Positions 1 through 10,600 of a stretch of DNA of 64,000 bases are shown here, in pieces (within the stretch, counting starts at the first letter, position 1; the number at the start of each line of letters is the position of its first letter). The stretch is taken from assembly GCF_009834535.1 (NCBI RefSeq), contig NC_045704.1, forward strand, positions 10,044,001-10,108,000, read 5' to 3'. The notes below the pieces were generated by a model that ran no database searches, was not told the origin of the DNA, and was given only the letters and a program-made list of their open reading frames with translations. The position numbers and the translations under genes were made by a program. Origin of the DNA: Camelus ferus (taxonomy: Eukaryota).

Positions 1-3000
1 TACGACTATGAGACCATCCGCAACATCGATTGCTACAACACAGACTTCTGCGTGCGTGTGCGCGATGGCATGCGGTACTGGAACATGACGGTGCAGTGGT
101 GGCTGGCGCAGTACATCTACAAGAACGCGCCTGCCCGCTCCTACGTCTTCAGGTGAGCCCGCCTGTCTCAGAGGACAGCACGGATCTACACCCCCCAGCT
201 GCCCCTGGAGCTGCCTGCGGCTTCCCCAGCTGGACCTCCACACCCGCCCCCTCTGAGGATCATGGGAGTTGTAGTTTCTAGGGCCTGTTGCGCTGGCTCT
301 GATTTGCCTCTGGGGTAAATTGTTCCTCTTGGGCTTCGGTTTCAACTTCTGTAAAGTCAGCCTTGTTCCACAGGAGCAGTGTACTGAGCCCTGTGGACTC
401 AGTAGTTAGATTTCCTTGACCCTGCCATTTACCAAGAAACTTTGAGGAGTCAGTTGACCTCTGTTCCCTCAGCTCTTAAGTGGGGGTGATACTGTTAACC
501 TGTTTCATAGGTCGATACGAGGAGTAATTGAGATAAAGTAGGCCTGAGAGGTGAGTGCTCGCTGTATATTAGCTTTTATATTATCCTTCACTCCTCCAAT
601 ATTTGGGGGGGGGGGTTGGGAATTAGGCTTTATTATTATTTATTTTAATGAAGGTACTGAGATTGAACCCAGGACCTCATGCATGCTAAGCATGCACTCT
701 ACCACTGAGCTACACCCTCCTCCGCATCCAGTATTTCTTGAGTAGAGACTTTCTGCCATTCTTACCTTTACAACCTTAGTAAGCAGGAGCTCTTATCCCC
801 ATTTTAAAGATGAAGAGAACCAGGTTCAGAGAGGTTAGGCAGCCTGCCAAGTGTCACTCAGCCTTCCCTGAGCCACCAGATGAGGTCAGGATACACCATG
901 AACAGTTCTCATAATGACGCAATTAATAATTTCACCTCTGGGGCTTGGCTTCCCTGGGCGTGTGATCTGACTTACGATTTAAAGGTCCGTTCCAGCCTTG
1001 CGTGGGGAATGGAATAGAGGCGGGGAGAGGGAGCAGAGAGAAAGCAGGGCCGGCCAGTGGGCCATGATGGAGTCCTGGAGTAGGGGCCAGTGGTCTCGAA
1101 GAGGATGCATTTGGGAGGTGGAGTCAGGGTTTGGCCCCACCTGGATGTGGAGCATGAGAAAGGAAGTGGAGCGTGATGCCCAGGTGAGGGCACACAGTAG
1201 GGCCATTTCCTGAGAAAGGGAGGATGGGGCAGGGGGAAGTTTCAGGAGTGGGTAGGGTGAGGAAACTAGACTTGGGTTGAGTCTCACTGACTCTGAGGTG
1301 ACTCTTAGATTTCCAGCTGGGGTGATTGGATAGGCAGGTAGTTACGGTGCGTTCTGGAAGGGTTGGTGGAAGAGGTGGACACTTGAGCATCAGCAGGTGT
1401 TGATGATACTTAAAGCTGAGCCTCAGGTCAAAGCACAGAGTGCTCCAGTGTTTAGATCAGGGATTCTCAACTATGCTGTACCCCTGAGGGCATTTGGCAA
1501 TGTCTGGTGACACTTTTGTCATAATGGGGAGGTGCTACTGGTGTCCAGAGGGCAGAGGAGGCTCCTAAACATCCTACGATGTGCAGGACAGTCCCCCTCA
1601 ACCATTACCACCAAAGAATGATCCAGCCCTAGGTGTCAGTAGTATCCAGATTGAGAAACCCTGGTGTAGACGAGGAACAAGGAGAGGGAGCCAGCAAAGA
1701 CGCAGCCAGTGAGACTGCAGGACAATCAGCAGTGTTCATCCCCAGAAGGAAGCTCAGAGAAACAAGCGTTTCAGGGAGGAGCGAGGGAAGGGTCATTTGT
1801 GTCAGCCGGTGCCTGGAGCTTCGATGCAATGAGGGCAGGTGTGACCACTGGGTTGGGTGTGATGGGAGGAAGTCCCCGGCAGCTTGACGGAAGCAGTTTG
1901 GAGGATTTGAACGGGGTTCAAGAGAATGGAACAGGGGAGCATAGCCGATTCTTTGGAGAGTGTTCACTTCATGGTGGGTAGGGAGGGCGAAATGGGAGAA
2001 GAGGAGGACAGAGAGAGGCAGGTCGGATAGGGGAGTGGCCAAGAGCTCAGCTGTGCACAGGCTGAGTTAAACGCCAGGGTTGCACAGATGCGTGTCCTAC
2101 TGTCAGTTTCTTTATATTCGGGCAACCCAGAGAATTCTCTCTGCCGTAGGCAGAAAAGAAAGAAAACGGTTTTGTTCTTGAATAAGTATTAAACCAGATT
2201 TCGATGCACAGCGCAAGTCATCCATGGAGGAGATTACCAAGATGGAAAGAAATCTCCCCCTTTTTGTACCACCCACCATCACTTACATTCCTTTTATGTA
2301 GTGTGTCCTCAGAGACACCATGACGTGTCCTCACGTCGGAGGACTCCACGGCGCTCTGCGTCCTTTCGTGTTCATCCGAGCTTATGTGGTAATTGGGGTA
2401 GCCACCTGTGTTAGTTAAGTGTCTTTATCTGAAGGAAGAATGAAACGAGCTCTGTGGCGAGCAGGTGTTTACAGCTGGGAGCTGGCACCTGGCAGAACCC
2501 CCTCGGCCGGGAGATGGGCTCCATTTCCTTCCGCATCTGTGCTTCAAAGAGATGGCTCCCAGGCCCTGGAGAAAACATCCCTGGGTTGTATGGCTTTCTA
2601 GAGGCCTCTTCCACCTTTTCAAAGAGTTACATCTGTATCCAAAGGACACAGGAAAGGTGCTCAGACACTAGGCTTTTCAAGGAAATGGCCTAAGGAAAGA
2701 GGAGGAAAAGATCTCCCCTGCTGGCAGCAGGGAAAAGTCAGCCTCTTATTGCCAGCCTTTCACAGCCCTCCAGGATAGGGTGAGCAGCCTTATTCTGCCG
2801 TTAGGTTGTTTTTGCACTTTAAGCACCCCAAGGTGCCAGAGGGAGGACTTGATGCCGACGGGCGGGGACCCAGGCCCCGGGTCGCTGGGATTGCTGTGGA
2901 TTCTGTGTCCTCCGCGGAAGTGCGGGTCAGAGCCTGAATCTGGATCTGCAGGGGACAGCATTTTGGAGTCCCTAAGGAGAAGGGGCCATGGCTGGAGATT

Positions 3001-3728
3001 CCTGAGTCTTCATGGATCAGGAATTATACTCCTGGATCCTCACAGGGAACTGGCTGGGGACTCAATTCCTGGGTCCTGAGGGAAAAGAGTGTTGGGAAGG
3101 GATTTCTGAGAAGCGAGTAGAGATGGCTGGGTCTGAGGAAGGAGGGGCTGGGGGCCTGGACTCCTGGGTCTGGGGGAAGAGGATCTGGGGGGCTGGACCC
3201 CTAGGTCTGAGGGAGGAGGGGCTGGGGGCCTGGACTCCTGGGTCTGGGGGAAGAGGATCTGGGGGTCCGGACCCCCAGGTTAGAGGGAGGAGGGGCTGGG
3301 GGCCTGGACTCTGGGTCCTGATTCCCCGCCCCTCCCCCAGGAGCGCCTGGACCATGCTACTGAGCGCCTACTGGCACGGCCTGCACCCTGGCTACTACCT
3401 GAGCTTCCTGACCATCCCGTTGTGCCTGGCAGCGGAGGGCCGGTTGGAGTCGGCCCTCCGGGGGCGGCTCAGCCCCAGGGGCCGGGAGCTCTGGGACTGG
3501 GCACACTGGTTCCTGAAGATGCGGGCCTACGACTACATGTGCATGGGCTTCGTGCTGCTTTCCCTGGGCGACACCCTCCGGTACTGGGCCTCCGTCTACT
3601 TCTGCATCCACGTCCTGGCCCTGCTGGCCCTGGGGCTGGGGCTGGCTTTAGGTGGGGGGAGCCCCAGCCGGCGGAAGACCTCGTCCCCAGCTGCCAGCCT
3701 TCCCCCAGGAAAGCTTCGGGAGGAGTAA
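1..3728 (+). CDS. MBOAT7: MBOAT7 (lysophosphatidylinositol acyltransferase 1), last two coding exons; 5' part lies outside the window
   Basis: Exon 1-152 (truncated by window) reads YDYETIRNIDCYNTDFCVRVRDGMRYWNMTVQWWLAQYIYKNAPARSYVF, then AG|GTGAG. Last exon 3341-3728 (cccag|G) reads SAWTMLLSAYWHGLHPGYYLSF...GKLREE*, with the MBOAT catalytic His in YWHG. Phases match. Confidence 0.98.
605..723 (-). mobile_element. tRNA-Ala-derived SINE (camelid Vic-1-like), full length
   Basis: Minus strand GGAGGAGGGTGTAGCTCAGTGGTAGAGTGCATGCTTAGCATGCATGAGGTCCTGGGTTCAATCTCAGTACC has A and B boxes and an AGC anticodon-like loop, then an AT-rich tail ending CCTAATT-Cn. Confidence 0.85.
1458..1663. mobile_element. 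MER20-like hAT-Charlie DNA transposon
   Basis: Inverted ends cagggattctcaac...attgagaaaccctg. Internal gggcatttggcaatgtctgg and ctaaacatcctacgatg. Imperfect 8-bp flanks gtttagat / gtgtagac. Confidence 0.75.
2095..2760 (-). mobile_element. Probable ERV1 solo LTR (MER34/MER39-like)
   Basis: ttcaaagagatggctcccagg..gagaaaacatccctgggttgta and aaccagatt.gatgc..gaaagaaatctcccc resemble the recalled consensus. No alignment was run. Confidence 0.55.
3121..3320 (+). repeat. MSR1-type 37-bp minisatellite with alternating units, last intron of MBOAT7
   Basis: Exact 37-nt units at 3121, 3158, 3195, 3232, 3269; consensus GGACTCCTGGGTCTGAGGGAGGAGGGGCTGGGGGCCT. Confidence 0.9.
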
Positions 3729-4368
3729 GCCGGCAGGCACCACACCTTCTCTGCCGGTTGGTCCACCCACCAGGCTTTTGCCTGGGGGTTCTGTGAACCA
3801 GGCTGCTGTCTCCCGTCCCAGAGAGAGCCCTTGATTTGGCAAGGGGCCTGGAGAGGACTCCCGCTTCCCCAGCTCAGTACCCTGCCTGTGACGGAGCAAG
3901 GCTGGGGCTCTCTTGCTTCCCCGCCCTCTGCCCTGAGGGTTACAGAAGGTCATTTCCCCTTCTGTAAAATCAAGATATCCAGACAGAATCTCCCTTTGTC
4001 CCTGCCCAGCTCCAGGTGTTCAGAGACCTGCACTTCACCGCCCAGAGCAGGAGCCTGTGGGTGACATGGTTTCTTGGGCAAAAATTACCTTTCTTGGGAT
4101 CCACGGTGTGGGGATCTGAGCTTCAGAGCAGACGCTGGGGGTTGTGGGGAACGCCCTGTTTCTGGTAGCTTTCTCTTCTCTCCTTTGTCTCATGAGACCA
4201 GTGCGGAATGTAACCCTCCTGGAAAGGGGAAACCGAGGCACAAATGTGCAGGCCTTTGGACCGCGGCTCTTGTAGCTTCCATCTGAGCCATCTCAAGGTC
4301 CCAGAGCTCCTGTCACCCTCTTGTCATCCTTTGGCCTAAGACAGGCTTGGAATGTGTAAATCTCTCCC

Positions 4369-4374
4369 AATAAA
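4369..4374 (+). terminator. MBOAT7 poly(A) signal AATAAA
   Basis: AATAAA about 640 nt after the stop codon, followed by a GT-rich downstream tract (gggggtgtctgggtg). Confidence 0.85.
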
Positions 4375-4671
4375 GTGTTGCACAAAGACTCCGTCCGTGG
4401 GGGTGTCTGGGTGACCAGCCAGTGTCAGGGGACTTGGACCACCGAATCCCGGTGTGATGGGCTCCCGCCCAGCTCCCCGGAGCCACGCGGGCATCTGTGG
4501 ACTTCAGTTCCCAGGAGACCTTTCGGAGCAGCAGCCTTATCTGTTTCTGGGAAGTGCTGGGTTTTTCCTCCGGGCCACCTGTCGGCCAGGTACAGACCTG
4601 CCTTCGGCCCCTCCCTTACCTGTGTCAGTCCCTGCTCAGCCTGAGACGGAAACATAAACGCACCCGGGGCC

Positions 4672-7600
4672 ATGGAAGAGAGTCCAGCGTGGGAACCGGA
4701 GCCCTGGGGCTCCTCTGGGGGTTGGCTGGCGCCCCGGGAGGCCAGAACAGGTAGGGGAGCCAGAGGAAGGTCAGGTCCAACCCCTCTAGTTAGCAGAAGC
4801 CCTGGGGGATGCGGAGAATGGAGGTCTGACTCCTGGGTCTGGAGGGCAGAAAGGGGAGGGGCCTCAGCTCTGGGGGAGAGGGGAACAAGAGGCTGGGACC
4901 CCTGAGTCCTGGGAGGAGTCTGGAGACCCAGAGTCTTGGAGGAGGAGAGGGCTAGGGGCTGGGATATCTGAGGAAAGGGAGGGGCCAGGGTCACAAACTC
5001 CTGAATTCAAGGGAAAAGGAAGTTGAGTGGATTCCTCAGCCCTGGGATCGGAAGGGCTTGGAGGGTCCGCATTTGGGTGCTTGGCAGGGCTGGTGGGGTG
5101 GGGTGGGGTCTGGGACTGGGGGTTTTAAACTCCCAGATCTGGGGGAGGAGGACCTATGGGCTTGGACCCCTCGGTCTGAGGGAGAAGGATCTGGGGGCTG
5201 GACCCCTGGGTCTGAGGGAGGAGGGGCTGGGGAGGCCCGGGCCCTCCCAGCCCTCTGCCTACTTCAGGCCCATCGCTGTCCTCTGTGCTGAATGAGCTCC
5301 CCAGTGCTGCCACCCTCCGGTTCCGAGGCCCTGGGGTGCTGCCCTGGGGGGCCCTGGAGGAGAAGGACAGACAGAGGAGCATTCAGGCCTTCGCAGAATC
5401 CGCACCAAAGGAAATGCAGGAGCCTTGCCCTTCCCGGGAGCTGCCCTGGCCCATGCAGGCCAGACGGGCGCACCGGTGAGTCCCGCCTCCCACGTCCCAG
5501 CCAGGTGTGGGCCGTCGTCCCACTTGCGGGCGGCTCTGTCTACGTCTCAGACTCTGTCCTGTCTATTTCTGCCTCTCTCAGAGCTGCCTCTCCGGGTTTC
5601 TTTACCCCCTTATGTGTTTGTGTTTCTCTGACTCCAAGGAGTCCTGTTTCCAGGATTCATTCTTTTCTCTCTCCCAGGTTCTAGTCTCTTTTGTCTTCTT
5701 TCCCTCCTGTGTCGACCTCTCGCTGTTTCTCTCTGGGTGTCTGCAATCTGTTAGTTTTTTCTTCTCTGTTATGTCTGTCTCTGTCCCTGCCTCCTCTTCA
5801 AAGCCTATCACTCTTTCCTCTCTCCCTCTACATAATTTGCAGGACCCAGAGGAAGGTGAAAATGCTGGGTCCTTATTCAACAATTATTATGCATTTTTCT
5901 TTTTGGGAGGTAATTAGCTTTATTTATTTATAAATGGAGGTACTGGGGATTGAACCCGAGGACCTTGAGCCATTAACAGTTAATTCAACCTCCAGCCCCT
6001 CGCCCCTCCCTGGAGATCATCAGCATGTGGCACTGAAAGCTCCAACCCTCTAATCACACAGTTGGCTCCTCTGGCTATCAGCCTCCACCCCCCCTACCCA
6101 CCCCCATCCTTAGGTGCTTTCTCAAAATAACCTCGTTAACATAAAAAAGACACCTTTATCACACTCACCACTTAGGAAATTCAAGGGTTTAGGAGCTGNN
6201 NNNNNNNNNNNNNNNNNNNNNNNNNNNNNNNNNNNNNNNNNNNNNNNNNNNNNNNNNNNNNNNNNNNNNNNNNNNNNNNNNNNNNNNNNNNNNNNNNNNN
6301 NNNNNNNNNNNNNNNNNNNNNNNNNNNNNNNNNATGGTTGACACATAGCATCATGAAGCTTAAGGTGTACAGTGTGCTGATTTGCTACACTTACAAATTG
6401 CAAAATGATTACCACAGTAGTGCCAGCTAACACCACCATGTCACATAGTTGCCACTTCTTTTTGTGGTGAAAACATTTAAGATCTACTCTCTTAGCAACC
6501 TTCAACCTTCCGCCTTCAAGTATTATGAGCTCTCATCACCATGCTGTACATTAGATCTCCAGAATATATTCATCTAGTAATTGGAAGTTTCTATGCTTTC
6601 TTCTCCATGTCCCTAACCCACCGCAGCCCCTGGTAACCATTTTTTTAAATTGAAGTATAGTTAATTTACAATGTTATGTTAGTTTCAGATGTACAGCATA
6701 GTGATTCAGATATATGTATACTTTTCCAGACTCTTTTCCATTATAGGTTATTACAAGATACGGAATATAGTTCCCTGGGCTATCCAGTAGGACCTTGTTG
6801 TCTATCTGTTTTATATATAGTAGTGTGTATATGTTAATCCCAAACTCCTAATTTATCCATCCCCCCCTTTGGTAACAATAGATGGTTTTTATGTCTGTGA
6901 GTCTATTTCTGGTTTGTAAATAAGTTAATTTGTATTTTTTAATTCTAGTTATAAGTGATATCATATGACCTTTGTCTTTCTCTACTTAGATGATAGTCTC
7001 TAGGTCTGTCCATGTTGCTGCAAATGGCATTATTTCATTCTTTTTAAGTTTTTTTTTTAGATTCTGCAGATAAGTGATATCATACAGTACTAAATATATA
7101 TTTCTTAGTATAAATCACAATATCGCACCTACCCTTTTTTTTTTTTTTTTGCAGGGGGGAGGAAATTAGGTTTATTCCTTTATTTAGTTTTTCAGTGGAG
7201 GTACTGGGGATTGAACCCAGAACCTCGTGCATGCTAAGCATGTGTTCTACCACTTGAGCTATACCCTCTCCCTTGTTTTGTTTTGTTTTTTAACTTTATG
7301 ATATTTGCTGTCAGAAAACTGCATGAAACATCATGTACAGACTTAAAAGAGTATTTCCAGAGTGAGGGTCCAGGTAAACTCCACCTAGGTCACCCCACCA
7401 GCCCCTCCCCTGGCACCGCCCTTTCTCCCCACAGTAACTCCTTCCCAGGCTTTTACAGAGGATCATGTTCTTGATTTTCTTCATAGCTTTGCCACCTGTG
7501 TGCGCACCCCTAAAGAGTGGAGTTGAACCCTGCTTGCTCTGAGCCTCTGTGTAGATAGAACCCTGCAGTCTGTATTTTCTGCCTGTCTTCCTATGCTGAA

Positions 7601-10600
7601 CATTAGGGGGGTGTATGTGTTTTATTGCTATGGAGTATTCCGTGTTAGGAATCTACTGCAATTTACTTCCTGGTCCAACGATTGGGTGGTTTCTACATCT
7701 GGGTGGTTTCCATTTAGGGGCCACTAGGCCCCTCCTTTTCTGTCTCTGACTCTTCCTCCCAGGCAGAGGCATGCCAGGGACCAGGTGGCTCAGGGCTCAG
7801 GGTCCAGAACGGCCCACTGGGCTCTGCTGCTTCGGAGGTCCAAGGAGAAGGTGAGGGAAGGCTTGCGCACCGTGCAGCCCTGGGCGTGGACGCTGAAGAG
7901 GATCGGGGGTACGGTGGGCTTCGGGCTGGACCCCTGGGTCTGAGGGAGGAGGGGCTGGGACCGGACTCGGAAAGGAGCCCGAGTCCTCTCTACTGCCCCC
8001 TGCAGGCCAGTTTGGCGCCGGCACCGAGTCCTACTTCTCCCTGCTGCGCTTCCTGCTGCTTCTCAACGCGCTGGCCTCCGTGCTTACGATCTGCATGATT
8101 CTGTTGCCCACCTGGTTGGAAGGGGCTCCCCCTGGTCCCCCTGCCCCTAACGCCTCCTCGCTCTGCGGCTTCTACAACCCCCGCCCCCAGGGCCTGGTCG
8201 CCTTCGCCACCCAGCTCTTCAACTTGCTCTCGGGAGAGGTGAGTGCCTGGGTCCTTGGGAGACCCCACTCCGAGCCTAGTGCCATCAGTGACCCTTCGAC
8301 CCCGATGGCCCAGCTCCCTGAACCCCGCCTCCACCCAGCCCCACGGTGACCCCTGCCCTGCCCTTCCCTCTCCAGGGTTTTCTAGAATGGTCTCCTCTCT
8401 TCTATGGGTTCTACCCGCCCCGCCCACACCTGGCCATCACCTACCTGTGCTCCGTCTTTGCCATTGGCCTCCTCTACCTGCTGCTCATCCTGCACCGGTC
8501 AGTGACGCCCCCATACCCAGACCCCTTGGACCGTAGGGGGGAGGAGTGGCAAAAGCCCCCTCCCCAAGAATTCTGAGCCTCCTTCTGTGGTCCCTCTCTC
8601 TCTGAGTTGAGATCAAATTTTAAAATACTTCATGTTTAGGGTTAATGGGATAGGGTTAGGGACAAAGATGGGAAGTTTCTCCCTTCTGTGGCTTGGAGTC
8701 TAGTGGGGAAGGTAAGATATTAAGCAAGTAAGCAGATTAATTACATCTTTGCTGGAGGGGAGAGTGCTATATAGGACAGAAGCAGGGGTGACTCATTCAT
8801 TCAAGCAACAAATATTTGATTGAGCAGATACCACGAGCCAAGCAGTTGGCAAAACAGTAACAAACAAAAACCCCAACAGAATCTGGTCCTCCTGGAGCTG
8901 ACATTTTAACAGGGGGGATGCGTGATACGCAGTAAGACACAGGATTCCCTAATAATTGGCTGTGGGCTGTGGTGAAGGATGGACGTTGAGAATGACTGCA
9001 GGTGTTGGCCATCAGCTGAGATAGGGAGGGCTGTAGAAAGGGCAGGGCAAACAGGAAAAATACCCTGGGACCTTGGGCATTTGGAGAGCTGCTACCTGGA
9101 GGAGACACAGTCATTGGTGTGAAAGACCAAGAAAGAGATTGAGGCATAGACCCAGAAGAGGACAGACACCCAGAGAAAAGAGGACAGGGACTCAGAGAAG
9201 GAGGGGGTAGGTAAGGAGACGCTGATGTCGTAGAAAGAGCAGGCTTTGACAAGAAATACCTGGGCTTCAGTTTTGGACCGGTTGATTCTGAGATGCCTTT
9301 TGGATGTATGAGGGTATATTGAGTAGGCAGTTGCATACGTGAGTTCTGTGGAGTCTGGACTGAAATTTGGGATTCACTGGCATTCAGGCAAGACTAGGGG
9401 AGATCCCCAAGGGAAGGGACCGAGGTCAAGAAGGAAACCAAGGACTTTAAACAAAAAATAGAATAAATGGAGTGTTTTGTAAATGCCAGGCACTGTGCCA
9501 GGGCCCAGGGATACCAGATGGGGGTTCCCCCTACCTTTGTACAGCCTACTAATAGGGGAGATAAATTGCAAGATAGACTATGAAATAAACAATCAAATCA
9601 ATTTCAGTTTGGGATCTGTACTATGTAGAAAACAAATGGGATGATACCACAAAGCAAATTTTTTTTTCTGATAACAAAGTAAAGGCCGGGAAGGAAATTA
9701 TCTTTGTGGGCCATATGGTCCCAACTGGAGTCCACTGTTGTAGGGCCAAAGCAGCAGCTGCGGATGGTAGGAAAATGAGTGGTCGTGGTTGTGTTCCAAT
9801 AAAACTTTATTTACAAAAACAGGATTTGGTCTCTGGACTGTAGTGTGCTGCCCACTGCGATAGAGATTAATGGGCGGGGACCTTCATTAGATGGAGTGGT
9901 GAGTAAGGGACTCTCTGAGGAGGTGACCTGTAGAGAAAGACGGGAAACATGGGAGGAAGCCAGCCAGGTGAACAGCCAAGACACGGGCACTGCAGACAGA
10001 GGGGACTGCCAGTGCAAAGGCCCCATAGTGGAAAGAGATTCAGAGTGTTCTGGGAAATGAAAGGCCAGTACGAGGAGAGGGGCCAGGATCTGAGCTTCAG
10101 GAAGCAGGTGGGAACCAGATCAGGGGCAATGAGGAGGAGGATGCTATGAAAATGCCTAGGATTCAAGAACAAGGAGAAGCTTGTTTTAAATGGGCGTGCC
10201 ACCTGATCCACATAAAAGGAAGGTTCCACTGGCTCAGGAGTGGAGGATGGCCAAGAGGGCATAGGTGGAAGCAAGGAGAGCAGGTGGGGGTCCTCTTGAG
10301 TCCACTAGGGAGATGATGGGGGCTGGTGCCCGCAGAGGTTGGAAAGGTGCAGTCTCTCTTCCCAGTTTTCTGTCCCTTCTCTGGGTCTTTGTCCCCCTCT
10401 CTTGAGTCTCTTTACCTGCCTCCTCCTTCTCTGGGTGTCTGTCCTCCTTTGCTCTGAGTCTGAGCCCGTTTCCCCGGCTTTCTAGGTCACTTTTCCGCTT
10501 TCTCACTGAGTTTTCCTTTCTCACTGTGTGTGAAGTGCTGTCCCTGTCTCTCAGGTGTCTGTCCTCCTCTGAATTTCTTGGTCTTTTGCTCCAATGACTG

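Noticed and set aside
3121-3305. 37-bp periodic units resembling a CRISPR array
   Set aside because: Head-to-tail minisatellite with no unique spacers and no cas genes, in a mammalian intron.
5530-5830. CT/GA-rich tracts (also about 10330-10600 and 59600-59880) giving long S/L/F or E/R/K ORFs
   Set aside because: Low-complexity intronic sequence; the ORFs reflect composition.
605-7272. tRNA-Ala-like sequences as real tRNA genes
   Set aside because: Each has the same AT-rich SINE tail, a degenerate acceptor stem and copy-specific substitutions, so they are SINEs.
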